Below, piece after piece: positions 9,396 through 20,755 of a DNA stretch of 64,000 nt (position 1 is its first letter; every line of letters begins with the position of its first letter). Source of the stretch: Marinicella sp. GTDB taxonomy: Bacteria > Pseudomonadota > Gammaproteobacteria > Xanthomonadales > Marinicellaceae. The position numbers and the translations under genes were made by a program. Below the pieces are notes generated by a model that ran no database searches, had not been told where the DNA came from, and saw nothing but the letters and a program-made list of their open reading frames with translations. The DNA is taken from contig OZ246001.1 of NCBI GenBank assembly GCA_965230295.1, positions 128,001 through 192,000 on the forward strand, given 5' to 3'.

Positions 9396-12300
9396 TTAAA
9401 ACTCAAATCTGGCACCTATATTGATGGTACCTCGTGTAAACCCTTCTAAGCCGAAGATGCTTCGGTAGTTAATGTAAGCTTGCTTACCGTTGGCGCCAAT
9501 GAACACCAAACCAACACCAGCAGAACCATATGTTCGGTCTGGCTCATCAGTAGCAATGAAGAAAATTTCATCATCCGGCGCATCAATGAATCTGGCTTCA
9601 ACAAAACCACCATCATTTTCTGTTTCCCGACTGAAGTTAAAATCGAACTGTGGTGCCAATACCCCATTTTTCAAACTGATGGCCTTCGATACGCTGGCAC
9701 CCACCGACCAGACCATGCTTTTCACTTCTTGTTCAGCAAATGCAAAATTAAAACCACCTGCTCCAGTCTCCTGGAAGGCATCAATGGTCGTTTTGACATA
9801 CCTGAATGATGCATTGGGTGTGATGTTCCAGGCATTTTTATTGAAGTGGTAACCCATACTCATGGCCACAGAATACTGGTCAGAGTCGGTTTTACCTGTG
9901 GCCACCCGGTCCACAGCTATGTTGTCTAAATTGAAGTTAATTCGCCGGTTTTGTTCAAAGTCAGGATTACCATAACTGACCCTGCCATCCAGGTATAAAT
10001 TATCCTTCAAATAGAATGAACCATATCCTGTGAGGGTGAATCCAGTTGACTTCATCTCGGCTTCACCTTCAATTTCAGAATCAAAATTGGCATAGCCTAA
10101 GGCTAATCCGGCAACTTTGGTTGGGCTGAACCGGTAATCAACACCGGCTGTTAAACCAAATGTATCAAAGTCGAAACCCAGTTCTCGTCCTGTGGTATCT
10201 CGTTCACCCATTGAAATACTGCCATTGACAAATACACCCCATGGAGAGACAAAATCGCTGATGTTACTGGTTGCCGGGTCTTCTTCTGATTCATTCAAAT
10301 AAGCCAACATACCAATTGGAATCGATTCATTGCCATAACGTCCCGTTAGACCCGATACATTGAAACCAGCCCCACCACCGCCTTTTAATTGTGCCAACCT
10401 TGAGTCCACATTGCGGTACTGTGATGTGATGATTTCAGCGGCAGAATTAGATTGACCAGCCACTTCATTGGGGGTGATCTCTTCCATCAGATTGATGATG
10501 TCCCCACCATTTTCAGGTCGAGCCCCAGCAATGAGTTCTTCACAGAGGCCTTCTATGGCCATGAAATAACTCCTTGCACAATAACTCGAAACATTTCTGA
10601 TGGTTTGCATCACCGTGTCACTGGCAGAACTGCCCACCACACCATCAAATATGGCAAATATCTCCTCCTCAGTCGGCGTTCTGGTCACGTCATTGTTGAA
10701 GCTGACCATGTTGTTACCAGGTTGGGTGTCCATCGAATCTGATTCAATAGACGCATTAAGCACGATGGGTTGTGATTGTTGAACGACTTGTTGCGTGTTA
10801 ACCCTGAGGTTTATAGTTGACATATCACCTACTTGGAAGTCGCTGGGGTAGGTGCAATTAACTGCAGTGTTGTTGACTTGACAGGCCCAACCATCGGCAC
10901 TGACTAACTGAACATTCTGAATCAAACCACTGATGCTGGCATTCAATCGTGCATTAACCGCACGATCAGGGCCATTGTTTAAAGCTATGAAAGACAGCTC
11001 AACTGAATCTCCTTGTTGGACTTGTTGTTGACTGACGTTCAATTCCAATGCCAAATCAGCATCTAAATCAGCAACCGTATTGACGGTAATTTGACCTGAC
11101 CCCTGGTTGTTTGAAGGGTCGGGGTCAAATGTGTCGGCTGTCACTTCCACATCATTGAATATGACGCCACTGAACCCAGCAACAAAGGTTCCATCCAACA
11201 GTATCTGCTGAGACTGGTTATTGGGTAAGGCAGCTATTTCACACATCAACGAAGTGTCTAATAAGGTACAGCTGACACCTGCTCCCACTTGTACGTTTCC
11301 AGGAATAAAACCAACAGGCAGTTGGTTGATTATTTCTACATTTTCAGCCGCGTTTGGACCCATGTTAGAGACTTCAATGGTCCATGAGACTTGTTCTGTA
11401 TTGATCACTGTTGAATTATTGGCTTCAACGGTCACAGCCAAATCAGCTCTGGCCACCCCACCAGTCCCATTGACCACATTCACAGGTGCTGAATCTGAAT
11501 CATTACTTGGGTTTTCATCACCGGGTAATGACACAGCGGCATTGTTGGTGAATTGACCGGTGGTATCCGGAGCAATGACATTAAGACTCAACTGCGTGTG
11601 ATTGCCGGAAGTTAAACTGCCATTGAATTGACATGTCACAGAAGTATTACCTTCACAAACCCAACCACTTCCTGAATAACCTTGTAGGACCATACCCTCA
11701 GGTAAATTATCTGTCAAAATGAAGCTGGTTTGGGTTTCACTGCCAACATTAAGCACATCCAACAAGTAGGTTAACGGTTCATTGGTACCCACTTCATTGA
11801 CTGATGCAGTTTTGGTCAAGGACAAATCATTGGCAGCATTACCAAGGACCACCACCCTGTTGTAGGCAGTTTTGAGTACGCCATCAGCATTCACCGCAAC
11901 GTTGCTATCCACTGGGCCAATGAAATCATCCACCTGTAAGCGTACATCGATACTGGAAGACTCACCTTGTAACAAAGTTGAAATGTTGTTACACGTGATG
12001 ATCGGGTTGTCAAAAGTACAGCTGTAGTCATTGCTGCTTACTCCTAACAGGTTAGCTTGCTCGGGTACGGCATAAAAAGCACTGACATTAACGATGTCGA
12101 AACTGCCCGTATTATTGATGGATATGATTTCAGTGTATGGCGTTCCAACTTCTACTTCAGGTGTCGTACTGATGATACTGACAAACACATCACTGGTACT
12201 GAATGCCACAGGTAAACTTTCACTCAATGGCGTACTCAATTCCAGGGCATCAAACGTGGTGTTTAAGGCATAGGTTTGATTGGGAACTGGATTAGCAACC

Positions 12301-15056
12301 GAGGTGGTTTGAATGGTTACATTCACATTACCGCTGGCGGCCAAAGGCGGGGTATAAATACAGCTAACCAAACCTGAATTTTCAGCACAGCTGACTCCAG
12401 GATCCCCGCTGAAACCGTTGTAAGTGAAGCCAGTGGGTATTTGGCTGTCAATTTGGACACCAGTCAAAGTTGCCGTACCCATATTAGAGGCCAAGACGAC
12501 AAAATCGACATCGGCTCCAGGGTCCACAGGACTTGGAACTTGGCTTAAATTCAAAGCACCCATGGCATTCAATAAACTCAGTGTTATTGAGTCATTGACG
12601 GCTGGTCCAATGTTTGTTCCTATAACTTGCATTTGATTGAAAATACTGGTTACAGCTGTGTTACTGGTGGCCGTGACATCCAACACAATCTGAGCAGTCG
12701 CACCTGAGGGCAATGGGTTGTCCAAGGTACAATCTACGATGTCGCCTCCCCCTCTTTGTATCATGATCATCGTACAAGTCCAACCAGTTGCAGTGGTGTT
12801 GTTCAATGAGACATCAATGGGCAGATTGTCAGTGACCTGGATATTCAGGGCATCATTGGGACCGGTGTTTTGTACTTCAAGGACATATTCAAAGTTTTGT
12901 CCGTAGTTTACGGTGGTAATGGGTACACCAGCCACCGATGCCCTTTTAGTAGCGGTTACGGTGGTTACCGTAGGCCCCGTGATCACCACAGTAGGCGCAG
13001 AATCGGTGTTGTTCCCGGTATTGCCATCCGGGTCAGCAACAGTAACAACCGTGGCAGCATTGTTAACATTCGGGCTGGCTGTGGCAGCTGTTACATTGAT
13101 GTCAATGGTGACATCTTCAGCAATCTGGAAAGGCGCCCCACCCGTATCACAACTGACCAAACCTCCTGTGGCCGAGCCATCATGGGTACAACTTACGGGT
13201 GTGCCATTAACAGAAGCCGTCACAAATGAGTCAAAACTGACTTCAGGTGGCAATTGATCTGTAATGACGACATCAACAGGAGATGCTGTTGAAGGTGCTG
13301 GGTTAGATACAGCTAAAAAGTAAGTGAATGTGTCATTGACCGCAAAATTGGTTCCACTGACGGTTTTAACTACCGAGAAATCTGCCGATCCGGCATTGAT
13401 GGTATCAACCTGCCCGTCTGAATTGTTGCTGGTGAATGAGTCGGCAGCACTGAAAATGTCAGCATTGGCAAATGCCCCGGTACCTGTTGGCGTCACAGCC
13501 AAAACTTCCACACTGAAATCATGTGTCGAGAATGATACAAAGGGCGCTCCCGCTCGATCACAACTGATATCACCGCCATTGGGTGAACCATCATGATTAC
13601 AAAACCAGCCAGGCGCATTGGCCAGATTGACATTGGTGAAACTGACTTCAGTGGGTAAATTTATACTGACAGTTGTATCAGAAGGACTGGCTGTAGAGCC
13701 CATGGGGTTATTGACTTGAATCCCATAAAAAATAGAGTCGCCTTGATTGTAAGTCGAACCTGATGAAGTGAACACCAAAGACAAATCTGCATCCCCTGGG
13801 AAAATATCAAAAAATCCATTGGCCACATCATTGGAAGGATTGGGGTCAAAATCACTGGTCACAATCGCAGATGCACCCAGGGTTGTACCAGCAGTAGTGG
13901 CTACGGCCACCACTTCTATGAATGTATTGGTACCGATAGGTACAGGGTTTCCTTGGCTGTCACAAGTCACATCACCGCCAGTTGGCGAACCATCATGGGT
14001 ACATGCCCAACCGGCCGCATTGGTCACTTGTGCCGAATTAAACACCACTTCATTAGGCAATGTAGTCACCACCGTATTGTTGGTGGGTGCAGCAGTTGAC
14101 GCAAACGGATTGTGTAAGGTTAAATCAAGAGTCACCAGATCACCCACAGTATATGTGGTCTGATTGGGGATCAAAGTCAAGTCCAGGTCTGCCGAAGGTG
14201 GCCCAGCCAAGACGACGAAGCCAACCGTATCACTGTTGTTGCTTGGAAAGGGATCGACTTCATCAGCAGATACATCTGCCACATTGGTTTTGGGACCAGG
14301 TTGTGCGTTGATATCAACCGTGGTAGCGATGGTGAAATCCAAGGCGTCCCCTGTTGGTAGGCTCAACACAGTACATTGTATCACTGAGCCAGTATCTACA
14401 CATTCTGGACTTGAACCACCGGGTTCGAAAATGAGGTTGTTAACAATGATGTCATCAGTAATGATTACATTATTGGCATCAGGCCCCAACGCGTTGCTCA
14501 CATTCAGATTAAAATTAATCTGATCTCCTGGATTGACATTGTTAGGGAACCCCGGCGTAATGGATTTGGTGATTTCCAAATCGACACTGCCACCCAAGAA
14601 CTGAATATCAATCAATGCTGTGTTGTCGCTGGTATTGACTTCCACACCACCCACATCACTGACAGTGGCCACAATGGCAGGCATGTAGGTAAAATCTCCA
14701 GGTTGATGGATAATGCCTACCCCTAAAGTGGTGGTACCACCAAAAGCATTGAGGGGGCCCTGATATAGACATGTGTTGAGGTTTTGCAGGTTACTACAAT
14801 CCCAATTGGGATCTCCAGTAATGGTGCCTTCAAAATCCAGCAACGGGTCCTGGAGTTGAATATCAATAAGGATGCCGTCTCCAGCAATTAAATCACCGTC
14901 ATTATTGACATTGAATTCGACAATATGTGCCTGACCATCACCAGGAAACTGGAATGGCGTGTCTGTGTTCATGTTCAAATCAGGCTGAGCCAGTACAACA
15001 GCACTCAACATCAATAAAATGACCGATAACAAGTAACGATGATTCAACTTATTCAT
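9396..15056 (-). CDS. Giant autotransporter adhesin with 11 DUF11/Ig-like repeats
   Basis: Signal peptide, about 130-aa acidic beta-rich repeats (DLxxTK...N.GP..A.NVxxTDxLP...C..C...D....NN) and a C-terminal autotransporter barrel (PWGVFVNG...GLTAGVDYRF) ending in the BamA-type signal INIGARFEF. Confidence 0.9.
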   Translation of the reverse strand: MNKLNHRYLLSVILLMLSAVVLAQPDLNMNTDTPFQFPGDGQAHIVEFNVNNDGDLIAGDGILIDIQLQDPLLDFEGTITGDPNWDCSNLQNLNTCLYQGPLNAFGGTTTLGVGIIHQPGDFTYMPAIVATVSDVGGVEVNTSDNTALIDIQFLGGSVDLEITKSITPGFPNNVNPGDQINFNLNVSNALGPDANNVIITDDIIVNNLIFEPGGSSPECVDTGSVIQCTVLSLPTGDALDFTIATTVDINAQPGPKTNVADVSADEVDPFPSNNSDTVGFVVLAGPPSADLDLTLIPNQTTYTVGDLVTLDLTLHNPFASTAAPTNNTVVTTLPNEVVFNSAQVTNAAGWACTHDGSPTGGDVTCDSQGNPVPIGTNTFIEVVAVATTAGTTLGASAIVTSDFDPNPSNDVANGFFDIFPGDADLSLVFTSSGSTYNQGDSIFYGIQVNNPMGSTASPSDTTVSINLPTEVSFTNVNLANAPGWFCNHDGSPNGGDISCDRAGAPFVSFSTHDFSVEVLAVTPTGTGAFANADIFSAADSFTSNNSDGQVDTINAGSADFSVVKTVSGTNFAVNDTFTYFLAVSNPAPSTASPVDVVITDQLPPEVSFDSFVTASVNGTPVSCTHDGSATGGLVSCDTGGAPFQIAEDVTIDINVTAATASPNVNNAATVVTVADPDGNTGNNTDSAPTVVITGPTVTTVTATKRASVAGVPITTVNYGQNFEYVLEVQNTGPNDALNIQVTDNLPIDVSLNNTTATGWTCTMIMIQRGGGDIVDCTLDNPLPSGATAQIVLDVTATSNTAVTSIFNQMQVIGTNIGPAVNDSITLSLLNAMGALNLSQVPSPVDPGADVDFVVLASNMGTATLTGVQIDSQIPTGFTYNGFSGDPGVSCAENSGLVSCIYTPPLAASGNVNVTIQTTSVANPVPNQTYALNTTFDALELSTPLSESLPVAFSTSDVFVSIISTTPEVEVGTPYTEIISINNTGSFDIVNVSAFYAVPEQANLLGVSSNDYSCTFDNPIITCNNISTLLQGESSSIDVRLQVDDFIGPVDSNVAVNADGVLKTAYNRVVVLGNAANDLSLTKTASVNEVGTNEPLTYLLDVLNVGSETQTSFILTDNLPEGMVLQGYSGSGWVCEGNTSVTCQFNGSLTSGNHTQLSLNVIAPDTTGQFTNNAAVSLPGDENPSNDSDSAPVNVVNGTGGVARADLAVTVEANNSTVINTEQVSWTIEVSNMGPNAAENVEIINQLPVGFIPGNVQVGAGVSCTLLDTSLMCEIAALPNNQSQQILLDGTFVAGFSGVIFNDVEVTADTFDPDPSNNQGSGQITVNTVADLDADLALELNVSQQQVQQGDSVELSFIALNNGPDRAVNARLNASISGLIQNVQLVSADGWACQVNNTAVNCTYPSDFQVGDMSTINLRVNTQQVVQQSQPIVLNASIESDSMDTQPGNNMVSFNNDVTRTPTEEEIFAIFDGVVGSSASDTVMQTIRNVSSYCARSYFMAIEGLCEELIAGARPENGGDIINLMEEITPNEVAGQSNSAAEIITSQYRNVDSRLAQLKGGGGAGFNVSGLTGRYGNESIPIGMLAYLNESEEDPATSNISDFVSPWGVFVNGSISMGERDTTGRELGFDFDTFGLTAGVDYRFSPTKVAGLALGYANFDSEIEGEAEMKSTGFTLTGYGSFYLKDNLYLDGRVSYGNPDFEQNRRINFNLDNIAVDRVATGKTDSDQYSVAMSMGYHFNKNAWNITPNASFRYVKTTIDAFQETGAGGFNFAFAEQEVKSMVWSVGASVSKAISLKNGVLAPQFDFNFSRETENDGGFVEARFIDAPDDEIFFIATDEPDRTYGSAGVGLVFIGANGKQAYINYRSIFGLEGFTRGTINIGARFEF

Positions 15057-15105
15057 ATCCCTTCTCTCTTTTTAAGCACCTTTCTAGGTTTTTAATTGCA
15101 ATTAA

Positions 15106-15186
15106 ACTATAGATTATTTTGAACATGTATCAATTGTTTTTCAATTGTTTACACGTTTAATTGAATAAATTGTGGCACATATCACA
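15106..15186 (-). promoter_or_regulatory. Putative autotransporter-caspase promoter with a CRP/Clp-like site and a tandem repeat
   Basis: Minus strand TTGATA-N16-TATAGT. TCAATTGTTT occurs twice with 11-bp period (15130, 15141). TGTGG-N6-TCACA at 15171-15186. Confidence 0.45.
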
Positions 15187-15271
15187 AAAATCTTTCATCT
15201 TTTTTGCTTAGAAGCAATGATTTATGAGCTTCTCGAAGAAATATGGGAACGAATTGATGACTTACCGCTTG

Positions 15272-17002
15272 TTAAGCCAAAACGAAGTTGATTTTAAGCT
15301 GCAAACTGCGCTTATTGCGAAATTCGTTGACCATCATTTGATAACACAGGTGCATTTTTTCATCCATTTCAGCAAACTGATTGGGATGGTGGTTGAAGGC
15401 AATGGCAGCAATTTGTTTGCTTAAATCTGTGGTCTGTAAAGTGAGTTTTGTGTGGTTTTCACCAATCAGTTTTTTTTGCTTAACAATGAACCAATCATCG
15501 AAGACCGGCTGTTCAAAGTGTTGCCCCCAGGGACCAGCCGACTGAATAAGTTCTGCGACCCTTAAGCTCAGATCTTCCACCGCCACCGGTCCATCGCTGT
15601 ACACCACTTGTTGTAGTTGATCAGATGATAAACGTGCACTCACTGCATCACCAAATACCTGCTTAAATACAATCAAATCGCATTGCTTCAATGTCAATCC
15701 TGCAGCCATGGCATGACCACCAAACTTTTTAATCAAGCCAGGGTGAGTTGCATCCACATCAACCAACACATCCCTGATGTGCAGCCCTTGGATGCTGCGA
15801 GCTGAACCTTTGACCCATTCTGAATGTTCACCTTCTTTGGCAAATGCGATCACAGGTCGGTGGGTGAACTCTTTGACTTTTGAGGCCAATAACCCCACCA
15901 CTCCTTGGTGCCAGTTTTCATGAAACAAACACAAGGCATCCGGTAATTCTGCCTGTTTTTTGAGCTCATCAACCACAGAATCAGCAAAGCGTTGCATGTC
16001 GGCTTGGATGGCTTTTCGTTGTTGATTGATCGCCTGTAATTGTTGTGCCAATTGTTTGGCTTCAGCTTGATCATCTGTTAACAACAGATTGATACCGATA
16101 CTCATGTCTTCCAAACGTCCTGCCGCATTGAGTCTGGGTGCGATGTAAAAAGCCAAGCTGTCAGCATCGGCGTGGTCTTGGTTTGAACCAGCCACCTGAA
16201 ACAATGCTGAAATCCCTATGACACATCGATGGCTCTTAATCCGTTGTAAACCGGCATTTACCAGTATCCGGTTGTTGACATCCAACGGCACCAAATCCGC
16301 AACCGTGCCCAGTGCCACCAAATCCAATAATTGAGCCAGATTGGGGGCAGCCGAACCTTGGGTTTCAAACCAATGTTCTTCATCCAACTGCTTTCTGATC
16401 GCCGCCATCAGGTAAAACGCCACTCCCACACCTGCAAGAGACTTGCTTGGAAACTCATCACCGGCACAATTCGGGTTGACTATGGCATCTGCTGGTGGCA
16501 GCTTATCTGGTGGTAAATGGTGATCGGTGATGATCACTGACATACCCAAGGCTTTGGCCTTGGTAACACCATCAAAAGATGATATACCGTTGTCAACAGT
16601 GATCACAACTTCGGCCTTCATTTGTTCCAGTTCATCAACCAACTCTGTGGTTAATCCATAACCGTACTCAAAGCGATTGGGCACCAAGAAATTCAAATGT
16701 TGGGCACCCATTTGACGCAAGGCCCTGATAACCAATGCAGTGGCAGTGGCCCCATCGGCATCAAAATCTCCAACAACCACGATCTGTTGTGGTGTTTTGA
16801 TGGCATTAACCGCTACATCAGCAGCTTGATCCAGGCCTTTGAAACCGGCAGGTTGGTGGAGTTGGTTTAAGCGGTAATCAACTTGATCATGGTGAAGTAT
16901 GCCACGGGCCAAATAAAGGCGTTTTATCAAGTGATGTAGGTGCTCAGCACCTGGTATATCATGTTCTGGAACGGCCCTACGGATAAGTTTCGCTTTGGCC
17001 AT
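15272..17002 (-). CDS. recJ: Single-stranded DNA exonuclease RecJ
   Basis: GDFDADG, TVDNG, TDHH, GTVADLV, PRLNAAGRL, GGHAMAAG. Confidence 0.97.
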   Translation of the reverse strand: MAKAKLIRRAVPEHDIPGAEHLHHLIKRLYLARGILHHDQVDYRLNQLHQPAGFKGLDQAADVAVNAIKTPQQIVVVGDFDADGATATALVIRALRQMGAQHLNFLVPNRFEYGYGLTTELVDELEQMKAEVVITVDNGISSFDGVTKAKALGMSVIITDHHLPPDKLPPADAIVNPNCAGDEFPSKSLAGVGVAFYLMAAIRKQLDEEHWFETQGSAAPNLAQLLDLVALGTVADLVPLDVNNRILVNAGLQRIKSHRCVIGISALFQVAGSNQDHADADSLAFYIAPRLNAAGRLEDMSIGINLLLTDDQAEAKQLAQQLQAINQQRKAIQADMQRFADSVVDELKKQAELPDALCLFHENWHQGVVGLLASKVKEFTHRPVIAFAKEGEHSEWVKGSARSIQGLHIRDVLVDVDATHPGLIKKFGGHAMAAGLTLKQCDLIVFKQVFGDAVSARLSSDQLQQVVYSDGPVAVEDLSLRVAELIQSAGPWGQHFEQPVFDDWFIVKQKKLIGENHTKLTLQTTDLSKQIAAIAFNHHPNQFAEMDEKMHLCYQMMVNEFRNKRSLQLKINFVLA

Positions 17003-17022
17003 CAGTCAATATGCTGCATGAT

Positions 17023-17499
17023 TCAGAGGTATTGGATAGATTCAATGAAATAAACCATGTCACCACCCGGGGCCTGCACTTCCACCTCATCGTCTTCACT
17101 TTTACCAATCAAAGCCCTGGCAATGGGAGAACTGATAGAAATCTTACCTGCATCAATATCAGCTTCAGCATCACCGACGATCTGATAGGTCACATGATCG
17201 CCACTTTCTTCTTCTTCCAAAACCACAGTGGCACCAAAAACCACCTTATCACCTACATTGAGGCTGGACACATCGATGATTTGGGCATTGCCAATAATAC
17301 CTTCCAATTCAGCAATGCGACCTTCCGTGAATGACTGCTGTTCGCGCGCTGCATGGTATTCGGCATTTTCTTTCAAATCACCATGGGCACGTGCTTCTGC
17401 CACTGCATCGATGATTTTTGGCCGTTCTTCAGTTTTCAGTCTTTTTAATTCTGCTTTTAATAAATCAGCACCCTGTTGGGTGATTGGAGCTCTGTTCAT
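17023..17499 (-). CDS. greA: Transcription elongation factor GreA
   Basis: [18 protein letters not shown] and [10 protein letters not shown]; lies downstream of carB. Confidence 0.97.
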   Translation of the reverse strand: MNRAPITQQGADLLKAELKRLKTEERPKIIDAVAEARAHGDLKENAEYHAAREQQSFTEGRIAELEGIIGNAQIIDVSSLNVGDKVVFGATVVLEEEESGDHVTYQIVGDAEADIDAGKISISSPIARALIGKSEDDEVEVQAPGGDMVYFIESIQYL

Positions 17500-17542
17500 T
17501 TTTATTCCCTATGGTGAGTTCAGACATCAGCCAAACATCACA

Positions 17543-20500
17543 TTATTGTTCATGTAACTCTTTCAAAGAGTATATTTCTTGTTGATTTAAATAATCATAA
17601 GCTGCAATTGTAGCAGCTGCACCGGCAATTGTAGTGCTGTAGTTTATGCTTTGTTTCAAGGCTTCTTTTCTGATTGAAGCCGAGTCAGCTATGGCTTGTG
17701 CACCTTCGGTGGTGTTGATGATGAAATCGATTTCTTTAGATTTTATCTTATCAACGATATGAGGACGGCCTTCAATGACTTTATTGACGCTTTCACAGAA
17801 CAAACCTGCTTTTCTGAGTAAATGGCAGGTACCATGGGTGGCCACCAACTCAAAGTTCAATGAGCGCAGTTGTTTGGCCAGCGGGATGAGTTTTTCTTTG
17901 TCTGCTTCTCTGACACTGACAAAGGCCTTACCCTGTCTTGGCATATAAATATTGGCGGCCAATTTTGAAGAGGCCACTGCAGCTCCAAAAGACTTTCCAA
18001 TGCCCATCACCTCACCGGTAGAACGCATTTCCGGGCCAAGAATGGGATCAACCCCAGGAAACTTCACAAATGGGAAGACTGGTTCTTTGATGGAGTAATG
18101 GTTCAAGTCCAATCTGGACTGAACGCCCTGTTGTTTCAAACTGATGCCTGCCATACAAAGCGCTGCGATTTTAGCCAACGGCAAACCAGACGCTTTAGAC
18201 ACAAAAGGTACCGTTCTTGATGCCCTTGGGTTAACTTCAAGGATATAAATGTCATCACCCTGAATGGCAAATTGGGTGTTCATCAGTCCGACCACATTCA
18301 ACTCTTTAGCCATCAATTCACACTGGCGTGACAATTCGGCTTGCATCTCTGTTGACAGTGTAAACGGTGGTATACAACATGCCGAGTCTCCCGAGTGAAC
18401 ACCCGCTTGTTCGATGTGCTCCATGATCCCACCAACCATAAAGTCTTTGCCGTCGCAGATGATGTCTACATCAACTTCGATGGCATGATCAAGAAAGCGA
18501 TCCAACAACACTGGCGAATCATTTGAAACTTGTACCGCTTCAGTCATATAGCGTTGCAAGTCTTGTTGCGAATGCACCACCTCCATGGCCCGTCCCCCTA
18601 AAACGTAGGACGGTCTGACCACCAATGGAAAGCCAATGTTGTTAGCCACTTCAGTGGCTTCTTCTGCAGATGTCACTGTACCATTGGGCGGTTGTCTGAG
18701 ATCCAGTTTATCCAGCATGGCTTTGAACTGTTCACGATCTTCGGCTTTGTCAATCGAATCGGGTGACGAACCAATGATCGGCACACCGGCTTGCTCTAAG
18801 GCATTGGCCAAATTCAATGGAGTTTGCCCCCCATATTGGACAATCACACCTTTGGGTTGTTCGATGTCAACAATGGCCAACACATCTTCCAAGGTCAGTG
18901 ACTCAAAATACAAACGATCTGAAGTGTCATAGTCGGTAGAAACCGTTTCCGGATTACAGTTAATCATGATGGTTTCAAATCCGGCGTCTTTTAATGCCAA
19001 TGAGGCATGGACACAACAGTAATCAAACTCAATACCTTGACCTATTCGGTTGGGCCCACCGCCCAGAATCATGATTTTATCTCGATCAGTGGGATTGGCT
19101 TCACAATGTTGTTCAAATGTAGAATAGAAATAGGCAGTTGGTGCTTCGAACTCAGCCGCACAGGAGTCAACCCGTTTGAAAACTGGTTTTACATTCAAAA
19201 ACAATCGGTGTGACCTCACTTCCTGTTCAGAGGTATTCATCAATGTTGCCATTCTGGCATCTGAAAAACCTTCTTTTTTCAGCTGCAACATTTGCGCTTC
19301 TCGAATCGACTCCAGGTTGGTTTCTTTCAAAGCCTCTTCAATCTTAACCAACCGCTCAATGTGGGCCAGAAACCAAGGGTCAATTTTGGAAATCTCATGA
19401 ATCTTTTCAGCATTGAAACCATGTCTGAACCCATCGGCCACATAAAATAAACGTTCTGATGAAGGTTCACGTATTTCTTTGACCAAATCAAAACCATCAG
19501 CCAATTGTTCAGCACTTACTACTGGGTCCAATCCTGACTTGCCTGTTTCCAATCCTCGCAAGGCCTTTTGTAAAGACTCATTGAAAGTGCGACCAATGGC
19601 CATGACTTCACCCACGGACTTCATTTGGGTGCTCAATCGATCCACACTGTTGTTGAATTTCTCAAAGGCAAAGCGTGGAATTTTAGTCACCACATAATCA
19701 ATTGTGGGCTCGAATGAAGCTGGCGTGGCACCGCCAGTGATCTCATTTTTTAATTCATCCAAAGTATATCCAATGGCCAATTTTGCGGCCACTTTTGCAA
19801 TGGGAAATCCAGTCGCTTTAGAAGCCAGTGCCGAAGACCTGGAAACCCTGGGATTCATCTCAATCACAATCATGCGGCCATTGGCAGGGTTGATAGAAAA
19901 CTGGACATTTGATCCTCCGGTTTCAACCCCAATCTTGCGCAGCACTGCCAAGGAAGCATCGCGCATCACCTGATATTCTTTATCGGTTAATGTTTGTGCA
20001 GGTGCAACGGTGATTGAATCCCCGGTGTGAACGCCCATTGGATCTAAATTCTCGATCGAACAAATGATGATACAGTTATCCGCTTTGTCTCGAACCACTT
20101 CCATCTCATATTCTTTCCAACCCAACAAGGACTCTTCCAACAACACTTCTGTGGTCGGTGAAAGCTTCAAACCTTCAGCGACGATGTCTTCAAACTCTTC
20201 CAGGTTATAAGCAATGCCACCACCCGTGCCCCCTAAAGTAAATGAAGGCCTGATGATCACTGGATAACCGATGTTTTGTTGTGCAACTCGAGCTTCATCC
20301 ATGTCATGAACAATGAATGATTTGGCACATTCCAATCCAATGTCTTCCATCGCCACGCGAAACTGTTCACGATCTTCAGCCATGTCAATGGCTTCTCTGG
20401 ATGCTCCAATCATTTCGACACCATATTGTGCCAATACACCTTGGCTGACCAGGTCTAATGAACAGTTCAAGGCCGTCTGGCCACCCATGGTTGGTAACAA

Positions 20501-20755
20501 AGCATCCGGCTTTTCAATCTCAATGATTTTAGCCACGGTCTGCCAGTTGATGGGCTGGATGTAAATACTGTCTGCAGTTTCAGGGTCAGTCATGATGGTG
20601 GCGGGATTGGAATTGACCAGAATCACTCGATAGCCTTCATCTTTCAGTGCTTTACACGCTTGGGTACCTGAATAGTCAAATTCACAAGCTTGGCCAATCA
20701 CAATTGGACCTGCACCAAGAACCAAAATGCTTTTAATGTCAGTTCTTTTACCCAC
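17543..20755 (-). CDS. carB: Carbamoyl-phosphate synthase large subunit
   Basis: [27 protein letters not shown], two ATP-grasp halves and an MGS domain. Start reassigned to GTG at 20755 ([11 protein letters not shown]), overlapping the carA end. Confidence 0.97.
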   Translation of the reverse strand: MGKRTDIKSILVLGAGPIVIGQACEFDYSGTQACKALKDEGYRVILVNSNPATIMTDPETADSIYIQPINWQTVAKIIEIEKPDALLPTMGGQTALNCSLDLVSQGVLAQYGVEMIGASREAIDMAEDREQFRVAMEDIGLECAKSFIVHDMDEARVAQQNIGYPVIIRPSFTLGGTGGGIAYNLEEFEDIVAEGLKLSPTTEVLLEESLLGWKEYEMEVVRDKADNCIIICSIENLDPMGVHTGDSITVAPAQTLTDKEYQVMRDASLAVLRKIGVETGGSNVQFSINPANGRMIVIEMNPRVSRSSALASKATGFPIAKVAAKLAIGYTLDELKNEITGGATPASFEPTIDYVVTKIPRFAFEKFNNSVDRLSTQMKSVGEVMAIGRTFNESLQKALRGLETGKSGLDPVVSAEQLADGFDLVKEIREPSSERLFYVADGFRHGFNAEKIHEISKIDPWFLAHIERLVKIEEALKETNLESIREAQMLQLKKEGFSDARMATLMNTSEQEVRSHRLFLNVKPVFKRVDSCAAEFEAPTAYFYSTFEQHCEANPTDRDKIMILGGGPNRIGQGIEFDYCCVHASLALKDAGFETIMINCNPETVSTDYDTSDRLYFESLTLEDVLAIVDIEQPKGVIVQYGGQTPLNLANALEQAGVPIIGSSPDSIDKAEDREQFKAMLDKLDLRQPPNGTVTSAEEATEVANNIGFPLVVRPSYVLGGRAMEVVHSQQDLQRYMTEAVQVSNDSPVLLDRFLDHAIEVDVDIICDGKDFMVGGIMEHIEQAGVHSGDSACCIPPFTLSTEMQAELSRQCELMAKELNVVGLMNTQFAIQGDDIYILEVNPRASRTVPFVSKASGLPLAKIAALCMAGISLKQQGVQSRLDLNHYSIKEPVFPFVKFPGVDPILGPEMRSTGEVMGIGKSFGAAVASSKLAANIYMPRQGKAFVSVREADKEKLIPLAKQLRSLNFELVATHGTCHLLRKAGLFCESVNKVIEGRPHIVDKIKSKEIDFIINTTEGAQAIADSASIRKEALKQSINYSTTIAGAAATIAAYDYLNQQEIYSLKELHEQ

